Assembly: GCF_900095295.1 (NCBI RefSeq)
Contig: NZ_LT607756.1
Coordinates: 465,163-497,162, forward strand
Direction: 5' to 3'
Length of the DNA stretch: 32,000 nt
DNA from: Methanobacterium congolense
GTDB lineage: Archaea > Methanobacteriota > Methanobacteria > Methanobacteriales > Methanobacteriaceae
The notes below the pieces were generated by a model, which was given only the letters and a program-made list of their open reading frames with translations, ran no database searches and had not been told where the DNA came from. Below are positions 1 through 9,347 of the stretch, one piece after another. The translations under genes and the position numbers were made by a program. Position 1 is the first letter of the stretch; the number at the start of each line of letters is the position of its first letter.

Positions 1-2
1 TT

Positions 3-647
3 GAAGCAGTCTTCAACTACGATGTTCCAAACGACGATGAGTACTACGTTCACAGGATAGGAAGAACGGGTAGGGCTGGTAAAAAAGGAATGGCATTCAC
101 CTTTGTATCTGGAAAGGAGATCTATCAGTTAAGGGACATACAGAAGTACACAAAAACCAAGATAGAACAGCACCAGATACCATCAGTCAAGGATGTTGAA
201 GCAATCAAAACCAACAAATTCCTTGAAAAAGTAAAACACGTTATGAACACTGAGGATCTTGAGAAACAGGTTCGTATAGTTGAAAAAATGATGGAAGAAG
301 ATTACAGTTCAGTTGAAATGGCTGCAGCTCTCCTTAAAATTGTGATGACAAGAGAGGGTTCTGATTCTGCAGCTGAAGAATTTGGAGACACAGGGGCTGA
401 ACCTGGGATGGTCAGATTCTTCATGAACGCAGGCCGTAAACAGAGGGTCAAAGCAAAGGATATTGTCAAGGCCATAGCTGAACATACTGGACTTTCAAGT
501 TCAAACATCGGTAAGATCGATATATTCGACAAGTTCTCCTTTGTTGAAGTTCCAGAAGCAAGTGCCAGTGATGTGTTTTCCCTCATGAACGGTGCAAGGA
601 TCAAGGGTAAATCCATTAACATTGAACCTGCAAACAAAAGGGAATAA
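3..647 (+). CDS. DEAD-box ATP-dependent RNA helicase, C-terminal part (5' end outside window)
   Basis: The reading frame is open from base 3 and translates [29 protein letters not shown], which is helicase motif VI (HRIGRTGR). The C-terminal ~75 aa ([23 protein letters not shown]...[11 protein letters not shown]) looks like the DbpA/DeaD-type RNA-binding extension. Confidence 0.9.
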   Translation, partial: EAVFNYDVPNDDEYYVHRIGRTGRAGKKGMAFTFVSGKEIYQLRDIQKYTKTKIEQHQIPSVKDVEAIKTNKFLEKVKHVMNTEDLEKQVRIVEKMMEEDYSSVEMAAALLKIVMTREGSDSAAEEFGDTGAEPGMVRFFMNAGRKQRVKAKDIVKAIAEHTGLSSSNIGKIDIFDKFSFVEVPEASASDVFSLMNGARIKGKSINIEPANKRE

Positions 648-650
648 ATC

Positions 651-693
651 GAGGATACCGTTCCTCAATTTTTTCATTTTTTTTCAATTTTTT
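651..693 (+). terminator. Hairpin plus oligo-T tracts downstream of the helicase gene
   Basis: GAGGA-taccgt-TCCTC hairpin (651-666), followed directly by T6, T8 and T6 runs (669-693). Oligo-T is the usual archaeal termination signal. Confidence 0.5.
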
Positions 694-871
694 GATTCTA
701 TCAATTCGTTCTATCAGTAACCAGTTTTAAACAGGAAAAAAATCTATTTTTTTATTTTCATCATTTCATTGGGTCCAACAAACATTTATTAATCCAATGA
801 CCATTCCGTGATTCAATAAAAATCCATTACATTTAAATTGACAATTAAAACTAATTATAAATTATCTACAC

Positions 872-907
872 TCATCCTACAATTATCTAGAATCATCCTA
901 CAATTAT
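872..907. repeat. Perfect 15-bp direct repeat TCATCCTACAATTAT x2 (start-to-start 21 bp)
   Basis: Copies at 872-886 and 893-907 in the 416-bp AT-rich region upstream of the ORF starting at 1064. A related ATTATCT motif recurs nearby. Confidence 0.6.
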
Positions 908-1063
908 TTACCATTATCTTGTCATGTTTTGTTATGTAAAATTAATTTTTAAAAAACTAATTATGTGAAGAATTGCAATGGTTTAACATTAAATTCATTA
1001 ACATGGAGTTGTTGTGTTTTAGTTTAACAGTTCAAAGCTTTTCAAATTTGGAGGAATAAAATC

Positions 1064-1660
1064 ATGATTAAAAAAGCAGATTTAAATGGTAAATGGCAGA
1101 GTAAACAATCTGAAACCCTTAAAAACCCTGATGGAACAGTTATGTACATAAAGAGGGATGCGGTTTTTTCAGAGGATTCATGGGAAATACTGATCAAAAC
1201 CTTTGTGGATGAATCTGCTGAATTACCACTTTTCACGGTACGTGCCAAGGGTAACTACAAATTAGGAGAAGAAGCCAAGGATGTACCTGGTGCAACATGT
1301 GTTGATTTTGAGAACACTGCAAGGTACGTCACACCCCAAAATGGTGCAATGGCACAGATGCTGAACCATGCAGCAGTGGGTAAGGTAGGATGGAAAGCTA
1401 ATGTAGAGCAGGAAGTGAGTGAAGAGGGCTGTTTTTTAGTTCCTTCCATTGAAAACTGTCCAGTGGAGTACGATCTCCTTAGTTTAGTGAAGGATGAAGA
1501 TGGCGTGGAAGAGCTTTACTTTGGAGACTACACCTCTGAACAGAGGGAGGATATGCAGAAATCTTCTCAGGGTAAATCTGGGTTTGAAGCTTCCCAGGGC
1601 ATATGTTCACCTGAAAACCGGCCAAAAACTTTGATTGAGTTCCCTCTTCTCAGGGCTTAA
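1064..1660 (+). CDS. Hypothetical cytoplasmic protein, possibly APCDD1-like (lipocalin-like) domain
   Basis: 198-aa ORF with GGAGG 8 nt upstream of the ATG. No signal peptide or TM segment. The pattern LNGKWQS...W...F(T)VRAKGNY...VPGAT.VDF....YVTP...LN...GK.GW...VEQ.V...GC...EY.L....D....LYFGD......RP....E.PLL resembles my memory of the APCDD1 domain. The coding call is solid; the family call is tentative. Confidence 0.6.
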   Translation: MIKKADLNGKWQSKQSETLKNPDGTVMYIKRDAVFSEDSWEILIKTFVDESAELPLFTVRAKGNYKLGEEAKDVPGATCVDFENTARYVTPQNGAMAQMLNHAAVGKVGWKANVEQEVSEEGCFLVPSIENCPVEYDLLSLVKDEDGVEELYFGDYTSEQREDMQKSSQGKSGFEASQGICSPENRPKTLIEFPLLRA

Positions 1661-1917
1661 TCAGAATCTTCATTTTTAAAGGGATATGTTATTATTTTAT
1701 CATTATCCATTTTAAAAATACTTTTTTAAAATAAAAACAATTTTTAACTAATTCTTTTATAAAAATATCATCAATAAGTATTATTTTCATTGAATTGTGG
1801 TGATTATTAACTATTTTAATGATTTATCATATTTAAAGGTTCTACAGATAAAAATAGATAACAATAGTGATTATTAAAGGGTGGTGATCTATTTAAAAAG
1901 GGAAATTTGGATGTTTT

Positions 1918-2799
1918 TTAAATTTCCCTGAGTTTTTGAGCAACGATTCCTGCAACAGAAACTGTGCTAACATCTGATCTGAGTGTATCTGTTCCTATAA
2001 CATCATCCACTCCTGCAGCGAATATTTTCAGGAGTGCATCACCCACAAGGACAGGGTGTACGCAGCTCACAACAACACTTTCTGCACCATGTTTCCTTAA
2101 AATGTTTGTAGCGTTAACTATTGTACCACCTGTGCTTATGATATCATCGATTATCACAGTGTCCCTGCCTTTAACATCCATGCTTTTAGGTTTGGTTTCA
2201 ACCTTCTCAGGTGATATTCTGGTTTTTTCCATGTGGTCACATTCACAGCCTAAAATTGTTGCAATTTCTTCTGCAAAGCCAAGAGCACCCTTATCTGGGG
2301 CAACTATAACCGGATCTTCAAACATTTCACCGATGTGTTTTGCTATTGGTTGCATGGCTGAGAGGTTGTGTACTGGAATGTCAAAGAAGTCTCGAATACC
2401 ATCTTCGTGCAGGTTAACACATAGAAGCTCAGATGCACCGCAGAATTCAATCATATCTGCCATTATAGATGCTGAAATAGCTTCAAAATCTTTGAATCTA
2501 CGTTCCTGTCTTCCATATCCAAAGTAGGGGGTCACGACCTTAACATCTTCCACACCCATTTCCTGGAGAGTTTTAAGGATTAAAAAGAGTTCTATAAGAT
2601 TTTCATCCTGAGGATATCCTGTTGACTGAACAACAACCGCTCCATCATCAACATCTTCTTTTATACGGAGGTAACGTTCGCCATCAGGGAATTTACGGGT
2701 TTCAACTGGACATAAAATATCCTCAAGTTCCCATGCAATTTTCGCAGCCAACTTTTGTGAGGCAGATCCTCCTATTATCAAAATAACCACCTGTAACAA
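1918..2799 (-). CDS. prs: Ribose-phosphate pyrophosphokinase (PRPP synthetase)
   Basis: Contains GGSASQKLA, RKFPDGERYLRI, PYFGYGRQERRF and the PRPP-binding loop VIIDDIISTGGT. The track start (2799) is a TTG. An internal TTG at 2781 (MIIGGSAS) preceded by GGTGG is an equally plausible start. Confidence 0.92.
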   Translation of the reverse strand: MLQVVILIIGGSASQKLAAKIAWELEDILCPVETRKFPDGERYLRIKEDVDDGAVVVQSTGYPQDENLIELFLILKTLQEMGVEDVKVVTPYFGYGRQERRFKDFEAISASIMADMIEFCGASELLCVNLHEDGIRDFFDIPVHNLSAMQPIAKHIGEMFEDPVIVAPDKGALGFAEEIATILGCECDHMEKTRISPEKVETKPKSMDVKGRDTVIIDDIISTGGTIVNATNILRKHGAESVVVSCVHPVLVGDALLKIFAAGVDDVIGTDTLRSDVSTVSVAGIVAQKLREI

Positions 2800-3109
2800 T
2801 TTATATTATGATTGTAAACTTCAAATATCATGTTCTTAACTTATCAAAACCATTGTTTATGAATTTTTGGTTAAAAATTCTAAACCAATATACAATCTGA
2901 TGGGAATCTTTATATTAGAAATTTTAATCTTCAACATCTTGCGAATCAATCGTCAGGTACATTTAATTCCTTTAAAAGATACATCATTTTTTTTAAGATT
3001 TGTTAAATTTATTAATGAGATTCCTCTAATACTAGGATTATCTAGGATCAGGATCACTACTTATAGAGATTATAGATCAAAAAAAAATCATGATAAATGA
3101 GGTGGCACT

Positions 3110-3484
3110 ATGCATGAACTTTCAATGGCTGACGCTATGGTTAAGACAATTCTGGACGTTGCAGAGAAGAACGATGCTACAGAAGTACTTGAAGCTACCA
3201 TAGAAGTTGGAAAACTTACAATGCTCAATCCGGAGCAGCTCAAATTCCTTTTAGATGTTTTAGTTGAGAATACGTTACTTGAAAATGCAACTATTAACAT
3301 AGAAGAAGTTCCAGTTGAAATTGAATGTAATGCATGTGATTACACTGGACCTGCAAATATGGATGATTCTGATCATTACCTGGCAATTGTTAAATGTCCA
3401 GAATGTAATGAAAGGGATCTTGAGATAACTGCAGGTAGGGAATGCAACGTTAAAAATATTAAAATAGAAAAAGAAGATGATTGA
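3110..3484 (+). CDS. hypA: Hydrogenase nickel-insertion/maturation factor HypA
   Basis: MHELSMA N-terminus (the MHE Ni-binding motif) and two Cys pairs, CNAC...CPEC. 124 aa with a GAGGTGG SD. Confidence 0.92.
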   Translation: MHELSMADAMVKTILDVAEKNDATEVLEATIEVGKLTMLNPEQLKFLLDVLVENTLLENATINIEEVPVEIECNACDYTGPANMDDSDHYLAIVKCPECNERDLEITAGRECNVKNIKIEKEDD

Positions 3485-3688
3485 GAGTGATTGAAAATTT
3501 CAGTCTTCAAGATCAAAAATTAGAAACTTCAAGTTGTAAATACATTAAAATCGTAATTATAAATTATAAATAGAACAAGAGATCTTTATTAATAATTGAT
3601 TTAAGTGGGATTCATTTTTCAATTCAATATAAAAATTTAATCTAATTTAATAAAGGACCAAATATTCATTGTAAAAAGAGTGATTAAG

Positions 3689-4351
3689 ATGCATAAAGTT
3701 GCAGATATTGAGATACAGCACGACATTATGGTTGCAAACAAAAAACTTGCAAAGAGAAACCAGCGCATATTCGATAAAGCAGATACATTTTCAATAGATG
3801 TTTTAGGAGCCATAGGTTCTGGAAAAACTTCCCTCCTTGAAACACTGGTTCAGAAGATGGATCAGAAGATAGGTGTTATAGCAGGGGATGTCATAAGCAA
3901 ATTCGATGCTCAAAGAATAGAAAAATATGGAGTGCCAGTTGTTGGGCTGAATACTGGTAAAGAATGTCATTTAGATGCTCATCTTGTTGAACATGCCCTT
4001 CCAGACCTTCCACTTGAAGATATAGACTTACTATTCATAGAGAACGTTGGAAACCTGATATGTCCAGTAGACTTCGACCTTGGATCACACATAAGAATGG
4101 TAGTTATAAGCGTGAGTGAGGGAGACGACACAGTTGAAAAACACCCGCTCATATTCAAGGATGCAGACATGGTCGTCATAAACAAGGTGGATATTGCAGA
4201 TGCAGTTGGAGCAGACCAGGACAAAATGGTTGTCGATGTTAAAGAATTAAACCCTGAAGCTGTGGTTATAAAAAGCAGTTTAAAAACAGGTCAGGGGCTT
4301 GATGAAATTATAAACACTATAGAAAAGTTCATGAAAGAATTGAAGGTTTAA
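3689..4351 (+). CDS. hypB: Hydrogenase maturation GTPase HypB
   Basis: P-loop GAIGSGKTSLL, ENVGNLICP and NKVD (G4) motifs. The ATG at 3689 follows GAGTGAT. The track start at 3680 is a GTG lying inside that SD. Confidence 0.92.
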   Translation: MHKVADIEIQHDIMVANKKLAKRNQRIFDKADTFSIDVLGAIGSGKTSLLETLVQKMDQKIGVIAGDVISKFDAQRIEKYGVPVVGLNTGKECHLDAHLVEHALPDLPLEDIDLLFIENVGNLICPVDFDLGSHIRMVVISVSEGDDTVEKHPLIFKDADMVVINKVDIADAVGADQDKMVVDVKELNPEAVVIKSSLKTGQGLDEIINTIEKFMKELKV

Positions 4352-4508
4352 GATCAAATTAACTTGAAAATTTGATCAACTTAAATCTTTGAACCTTTTC
4401 AAATCCTCAAAACAAGCCATTAAAATTTTTAGAATTACACAGTTCAAGACATTCATAAAATAACGGGAGAATAATTGCTTTAAATATCCTTTAAATCATT
4501 TAAAATAG

Positions 4509-4582
<74 letters not shown>

Positions 4583-4608
4583 GTATAAATGGATTTAATT
4601 TCTTGATA

Positions 4609-4634
4609 TTTAAAGTTAATGTTTAAAGTTAATG
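4609..4634. repeat. Perfect 13-bp tandem duplication TTTAAAGTTAATG x2
   Basis: Copies at 4609-4621 and 4622-4634, between the divergent tRNA-Ala and GNAT genes. Each copy carries a TATA-like TTTAAA. Confidence 0.6.
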
Positions 4635-4664
4635 TTATTTTTTTGGAGTTCATGGGGGACGATC

Positions 4665-5153
4665 ATGAAGAATATTCGAATAAGAAATTTGGAAGAGGAA
4701 GACCTGATCCAGATAGCTGAGCTTGCAGGAAAGTGCAGCCCAATGATAACAGAAAAAAATTCAGTTTACCATTTGTTCACAAAGTTCTTTAAAAGAACAT
4801 CCTTTGTAGTTGAAGACCATGGAAAGGGAATAATGGGCTTTTTACTTGGATTTATCTCACAGGAAAATATCAATGAAGCATACATACATTTACTATGTGT
4901 AAAACCAGGTTTTAAAAAGGAAGGACTTGCTTCATGTCTTCTTAAGAACTTATTTGAAGTTTTGAAGGCTGCTGGCTGTAGGAGGGTTTTTCTTGTAACC
5001 AATCCAAGAAACAAGGTTGCAATCTCATTTTACAAGGATTTGGGCTTTACTGAGTATGAAACTGATCAAACAATGAACATCAATGGGCTGAAGGTTGCAA
5101 GGGATTACAGTGGCCCTGGAGATCACAAGGTGGTTTTTTTTAAGATGGTTTGA
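4665..5153 (+). CDS. GNAT-family N-acetyltransferase
   Basis: MKNIRIRNLEEEDL start, and the acetyl-CoA-binding core LLCVKPGFKKEGLASCLL (the Q/RxxGxG/A-type position) followed by ISFYKDLGF. The ATG at 4665 follows GGGGGA; the track start at 4632 is less likely. Confidence 0.85.
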   Translation: MKNIRIRNLEEEDLIQIAELAGKCSPMITEKNSVYHLFTKFFKRTSFVVEDHGKGIMGFLLGFISQENINEAYIHLLCVKPGFKKEGLASCLLKNLFEVLKAAGCRRVFLVTNPRNKVAISFYKDLGFTEYETDQTMNINGLKVARDYSGPGDHKVVFFKMV

Positions 5154-5415
5154 GATCAATCTTCAATGCTTGATCTAATGTTTAAGAAGATGTTAAAAGA
5201 AGATGATTAAATTTATATCGATAAGATTCATATCCCAAATTGATCAGATTATACACGTAAAATCTTTTATTTTAAATAGAAATAGAAACTATAACTTTCT
5301 ATTAATCACACATAAAACAATATAAAACCAATATTTCACTTAGATTCTACTGAAATTTAATGATAATAGATAATATGAAAAATAACAATTAAGTCCAGAG
5401 GGATGGAGGAATAAA

Positions 5416-6498
5416 ATGGCTTTAGTCGCTCAAACTAATCTTCAATTCATATTAGAAGTGGCAATTTTCATTCAGATTGCGGTGATGTTGCTTCTAAACA
5501 TCATACCATTTTCACTTAGCCTAGTGCTCTTTTTAGCTTTGATCTTAGGTGTTGGTCTAACCCTGCTTTTCGGTGCAGATGCGCTTTTCCTTTTCTTACC
5601 TGGTATGACCCACCACGAATTCACACATCCCTATGGATCTCTGGCCATTCTGGCGATTATAACACTCCTTGCAGCATTACCCATGATGCAACAAGTTGGA
5701 ATAAAGGTTAGAAATCTTAAGGGATTCACAATACTTATGGCAATTATCATAACAGTTGTGGGAGGATTGATGCACAGATCCTTCCTTCTGCTGTGGTTTT
5801 TAGGATTGGTCATAGGATTATTCATCATTTCAAAATCCTTCAGACAAAAATCGATTTTCACAATAAAAAGGATGATATTGGGGATTACAGTTGTTTTAGC
5901 AGGTTTTGGATCCCTTGAACTCCTTTCAAGATTGCTTTCAATGCCAATACTGAGTCCACTTCTGAGGCTTGAAAGAATTGAAACCAACGCACTTGCAAGT
6001 GTTGAACTGGTTATAAAGAACACAACACTTTTTGGCCATGTACCAACGTCAAGTTATTGGGGTGCAAGTGACCCTGGAAGTTCCAGTGGATACATATCCC
6101 TACCAATAAACATGATAATGTTATTTGGATTACCATTTCCTGTTTTCTTTGGTATACTCGTTACAAAGAAGGATGTAATAGATTATATGTTACCCGGAAT
6201 CTTTGGATATGCCTACGACTTTGGATACGTGGTCATGATCCTACTGCTTGCATGGTGCGTTTTTGTTATGTACGTGGGATTCAAGATACTGGCTGCATAC
6301 AGGGAAAAAAGAGAGAAGGGTAACAGAAATTATCTAGGAAGGGAAGCACTTCTTATAGGTTCTTTAACAGCTTTTATATCCCAGGCGGTTGTTGGTTTAT
6401 TCTTGATGAACCGTTCAATCAATGGAACAGCCCTTTTAACCTTTATGTTCCTGAGCGCACTCGTGGTTGCACATGTACTTGTTGTAAAACGGGATTGA
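5416..6498 (+). CDS. Polytopic (about 10 TM) membrane protein of unknown function with an HEXXH motif
   Basis: GGAGG SD and roughly ten hydrophobic segments. HEFTH (aa 67-71, nt 5614-5628) sits at the end of TM2. A ~55-aa hydrophilic loop lies at aa 170-225. No family is recognised with confidence. Confidence 0.8.
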   Translation: MALVAQTNLQFILEVAIFIQIAVMLLLNIIPFSLSLVLFLALILGVGLTLLFGADALFLFLPGMTHHEFTHPYGSLAILAIITLLAALPMMQQVGIKVRNLKGFTILMAIIITVVGGLMHRSFLLLWFLGLVIGLFIISKSFRQKSIFTIKRMILGITVVLAGFGSLELLSRLLSMPILSPLLRLERIETNALASVELVIKNTTLFGHVPTSSYWGASDPGSSSGYISLPINMIMLFGLPFPVFFGILVTKKDVIDYMLPGIFGYAYDFGYVVMILLLAWCVFVMYVGFKILAAYREKREKGNRNYLGREALLIGSLTAFISQAVVGLFLMNRSINGTALLTFMFLSALVVAHVLVVKRD

Positions 6499-6581
6499 AC
6501 ATTAAAAGAGATCCAGCGTTAAAATTATGAGTTCAACAATACAGATGATAATGCATTAATACGATGAATGGAGGATGAATT

Positions 6582-7043
6582 ATGAAAAAAGCCCTTATAT
6601 TGTTAGGATGTCCGGAAGCCCCATCACAAACTCCAATGGCAGTTTATTCAACCTATAAACTCCAGCAGATGGGATATGAAGTAACAGTTGCAAGTACACC
6701 CTCTGCAATGAAACTTCTGGAGGTTTCGGATCCAGAAGAACTCTATGTTAAAAACAAGATAGATATAGAATCATGTCTTGAAAACCTTGAACCAGAACAG
6801 TACGATCTTCTCGTGGGATTCGTTCACAAGGATGCTGCTGTTTCTTACTTCGTAACATTCTACCACATATTGAACACAGATTCAATTGCACTGGTATTTG
6901 AAAAAGACCCAGATCTTCTTGAAAAATTCCAGAAGGCAGTTTCAGAAAATACCGATGCTAAAATAGTAGCTGTAAGGGCTTATCATAACCCAACACCCCT
7001 CAGAGTTAAATTTGATAGGGCTGTTAAGGGATTGGAGGAATAA
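6582..7043 (+). CDS. Methanogen-restricted conserved protein (DUF1890-like, small alpha/beta protein)
   Basis: 153 aa with a GGAGG SD. MKKALILLGCPEAPSQTP looks like a Rossmann-type first strand. The position upstream of metE matches my recollection of Methanothermobacter synteny. The family name is from memory. Confidence 0.75.
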   Translation: MKKALILLGCPEAPSQTPMAVYSTYKLQQMGYEVTVASTPSAMKLLEVSDPEELYVKNKIDIESCLENLEPEQYDLLVGFVHKDAAVSYFVTFYHILNTDSIALVFEKDPDLLEKFQKAVSENTDAKIVAVRAYHNPTPLRVKFDRAVKGLEE

Positions 7044-7045
7044 AA

Positions 7046-7351
7046 ATGACTTTCTGTCTTGAAACCTACCTGCAGGAATCAGAGGATTACAGGATACTGA
7101 CTTCACGGTCTGGATTTAAAGACTGCTCCAAGCTCATTGAAAAAGAAGCAGTCAAGGTTATCCATGTGAATCCTGGAGAAAAAATACTTGGGGCCCGTAT
7201 AATTGGCCTTCCACCTGTACCCATAGGAATCGATGAAGAAAATAGTAGGGTCATGATTCCATACACCAAACCCTGCCACGGAACAGCGGTTGTGGAAATT
7301 CCAATTGATGAAGAAGAGTTATCAAGGATCAAATCTGTTGCAGTGGATTGA
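7046..7351 (+). CDS. Methanogen-restricted conserved protein (DUF1894-like)
   Basis: 101 aa. It starts 2 nt after the previous stop with its own GGAGG. Its stop overlaps or abuts the metE start. Confidence 0.75.
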   Translation: MTFCLETYLQESEDYRILTSRSGFKDCSKLIEKEAVKVIHVNPGEKILGARIIGLPPVPIGIDEENSRVMIPYTKPCHGTAVVEIPIDEEELSRIKSVAVD

Positions 7352-8325
7352 AAATGTTAACCACAGTTGTTGGAAGTTATCCAGCGTTACCAGAAGAACC
7401 ATCCTCCTTATCTCAAAAACTTTCGAGTTTTTTTGGGATCTACGATAGATACAAACCTGCAATAGAAAGTGCTGTGCGGGATCAAATAGAAGCAGGAATT
7501 GATATTATATCCGATGGACAGGTAAGGGATGGTATGGTTGAGATCTTTGCAAAGGCCATTCCAGGAATGACTGTTGAAGGTAACACTCCCAAGATCGTTG
7601 GGAAAATAAAACCCTCTCCAGTATCCATATCTGCTGAAGACCTTAAATATGCGGTAAAGGTTTCTGAAAGCATCTCCAAGGAATACGGCTCAAATCAAGG
7701 TAAAAAAATCAAAGATGGTGTTAAAGGAGTTAAAGGTATAATAACCGGTCCTTCAACCCTGGTTTTTTCATCAATTCTTGAGGGTTTTTACAAGAGCAAA
7801 GATAGTGCTGTTATTGATTTAGCACATGCTTTAAAGAAGGAAGCAGAATTTTTAGAAAAAGCAGGAGCAGTTTACATTCAAATTGATGAACCATTTCTTT
7901 CAACTGGACTTCCAGATGTAAAAACTGCAAAAGAAGCCGTTGAAATCATAACAAAGGATCTGGAGGTCCCAACAGCAATGCACGTCTGTGGAGACGTAAG
8001 GGATGTTTTTAAGGAGCTTTTAACATTTCCTGTGGACATAATAGATTGTGAATTTGCAGGAATTCCTGGAAACATTCATGTTCTTGAAGAAGCAGCGAAG
8101 AAAGGTCTCATCAAGGATAAGAAGATAGGTTTTGGATGTATCGACACCAAGAAGAAGGAAGTTGAGGATCCCAAAAATGTTTCAGAACTCATAAAACAGG
8201 GTTTGGAAGCTGTTGGAAAAGATAACATTATAATTGACCCTGACTGTGGAATGAAAATGCTTCCAAAAGAAGCTGCATTCTCAAAACTCAAAGCAATGAC
8301 GGAGGCGGTAGGATGGCTATCCTGA
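7348..8325 (+). CDS. metE: Short 'core' cobalamin-independent methionine synthase (MetE C-terminal-domain type; methylcobalamin:homocysteine methyltransferase)
   Basis: TTVVGSYP N-terminus, ISDGQ, zinc-ligand contexts MHVCGD and IIDPDCGMK. About 325 aa, roughly half the length of bacterial MetE. The start is either TTG 7348 or ATG 7354. Confidence 0.9.
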   Translation: MKMLTTVVGSYPALPEEPSSLSQKLSSFFGIYDRYKPAIESAVRDQIEAGIDIISDGQVRDGMVEIFAKAIPGMTVEGNTPKIVGKIKPSPVSISAEDLKYAVKVSESISKEYGSNQGKKIKDGVKGVKGIITGPSTLVFSSILEGFYKSKDSAVIDLAHALKKEAEFLEKAGAVYIQIDEPFLSTGLPDVKTAKEAVEIITKDLEVPTAMHVCGDVRDVFKELLTFPVDIIDCEFAGIPGNIHVLEEAAKKGLIKDKKIGFGCIDTKKKEVEDPKNVSELIKQGLEAVGKDNIIIDPDCGMKMLPKEAAFSKLKAMTEAVGWLS

Positions 8326-8930
8326 AGAAGGTACCAACCATAAAGGAAGGCTGGAAAGCCCTTGTAAAAACTATAGTGAAGAAAGGTGTTGAAATAAATG
8401 ATGAACGCGGCTCATTAACCAAGGAAATTTTAAACACAATGGTGATGATTAAAAACCCCCTTGACACAGAACCACCTGAAGGATACTTCTGGAGCGGTGA
8501 AAAACTGGATAAATACGCTGAACAGTTCCTCTCTGATGATAAACAGGGATTCGTTTACACCTACGGCAACAGGTTAAGGGCACACTTCCAGGGTATAGAT
8601 CAGATACAAGAAGCAATAAACAGACTCAAAAATTGCAAGGAATCAAGACGGGCCATATCCATAACATGGGACCCTCCAACAGACACCGCAAACGATGAAG
8701 TACCCTGCATGATACTCGTTGACTTCAAAATACGCGACGGCAAGCTTCATACAACCGGTCTGTGGAGATCACATGATATTTACGGGGCTTGGTTCCCAAA
8801 TGCAGTGGGACTCAGCCACCTGGCCCAGTATGCAGCAGGTGAGATTGGGGTTGAGGTTGGAACACTCACCATCCATTCGATAAGTGCCCATATCTATGAA
8901 GTGAACTTCAAAGAGGCGGAAGAGGTTTAA
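8313..8930 (+). CDS. thyA: Thymidylate synthase, short archaeal ThyA type
   Basis: RRAISITWDP, the catalytic-Cys context EVPCMILVDF, then LWRSHDIYGAWFPN. It overlaps metE by 13 nt and has a GGAGG SD. Confidence 0.85.
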   Translation: MAILKKVPTIKEGWKALVKTIVKKGVEINDERGSLTKEILNTMVMIKNPLDTEPPEGYFWSGEKLDKYAEQFLSDDKQGFVYTYGNRLRAHFQGIDQIQEAINRLKNCKESRRAISITWDPPTDTANDEVPCMILVDFKIRDGKLHTTGLWRSHDIYGAWFPNAVGLSHLAQYAAGEIGVEVGTLTIHSISAHIYEVNFKEAEEV

Positions 8931-9347
8931 AGAAAGGTTTTAAATTTTAAAAATTAATTTAATACCAATCTTTTCACTTGTTTTTATTTTCAAATTGTTA
9001 TTCTGTCTGATTTTAATTTATTTGATTCGTTATATCCTTACGGGTAAATCTCTTGTTATCTATTATTAAATCTATAAACTATTTAAAATAGAATCTTACG
9101 TTTTATAATTATTCTTTAATCAATTAAATTCTTAATAAAAGATTTTTAAGCTATGCACATGATTTTTTTTATTTTCAATTTTGGTTCACGTGGTTTTGAA
9201 AATAAAATAAAAAAACTTAAAACTCTTGTTGGATTAAACTGAATTAAATTAAAAAACTGAATTAACATTAAATTGAATTTAACTCTTCACTTTATTGAAG
9301 GTTCAATTTATGAGGATGTTAAAAATTTGAATTTATGAGGTGAAACA

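Noticed and set aside
2867-3100. 77-aa ORF in the prs/hypA divergent intergenic region
   Set aside because: It has no SD. The Ile/Leu/Asn/Phe-rich composition simply reflects AT-rich spacer, and the interval must hold the two divergent promoters.
9171-9203. Imperfect palindrome ATTTTCAA...CACGTG...TTGAAAAT upstream of mch
   Set aside because: The arms are all-AT 8-mers, the CACGTG core is off-centre, and such pairs are expected by chance in a 400-bp AT-rich spacer.
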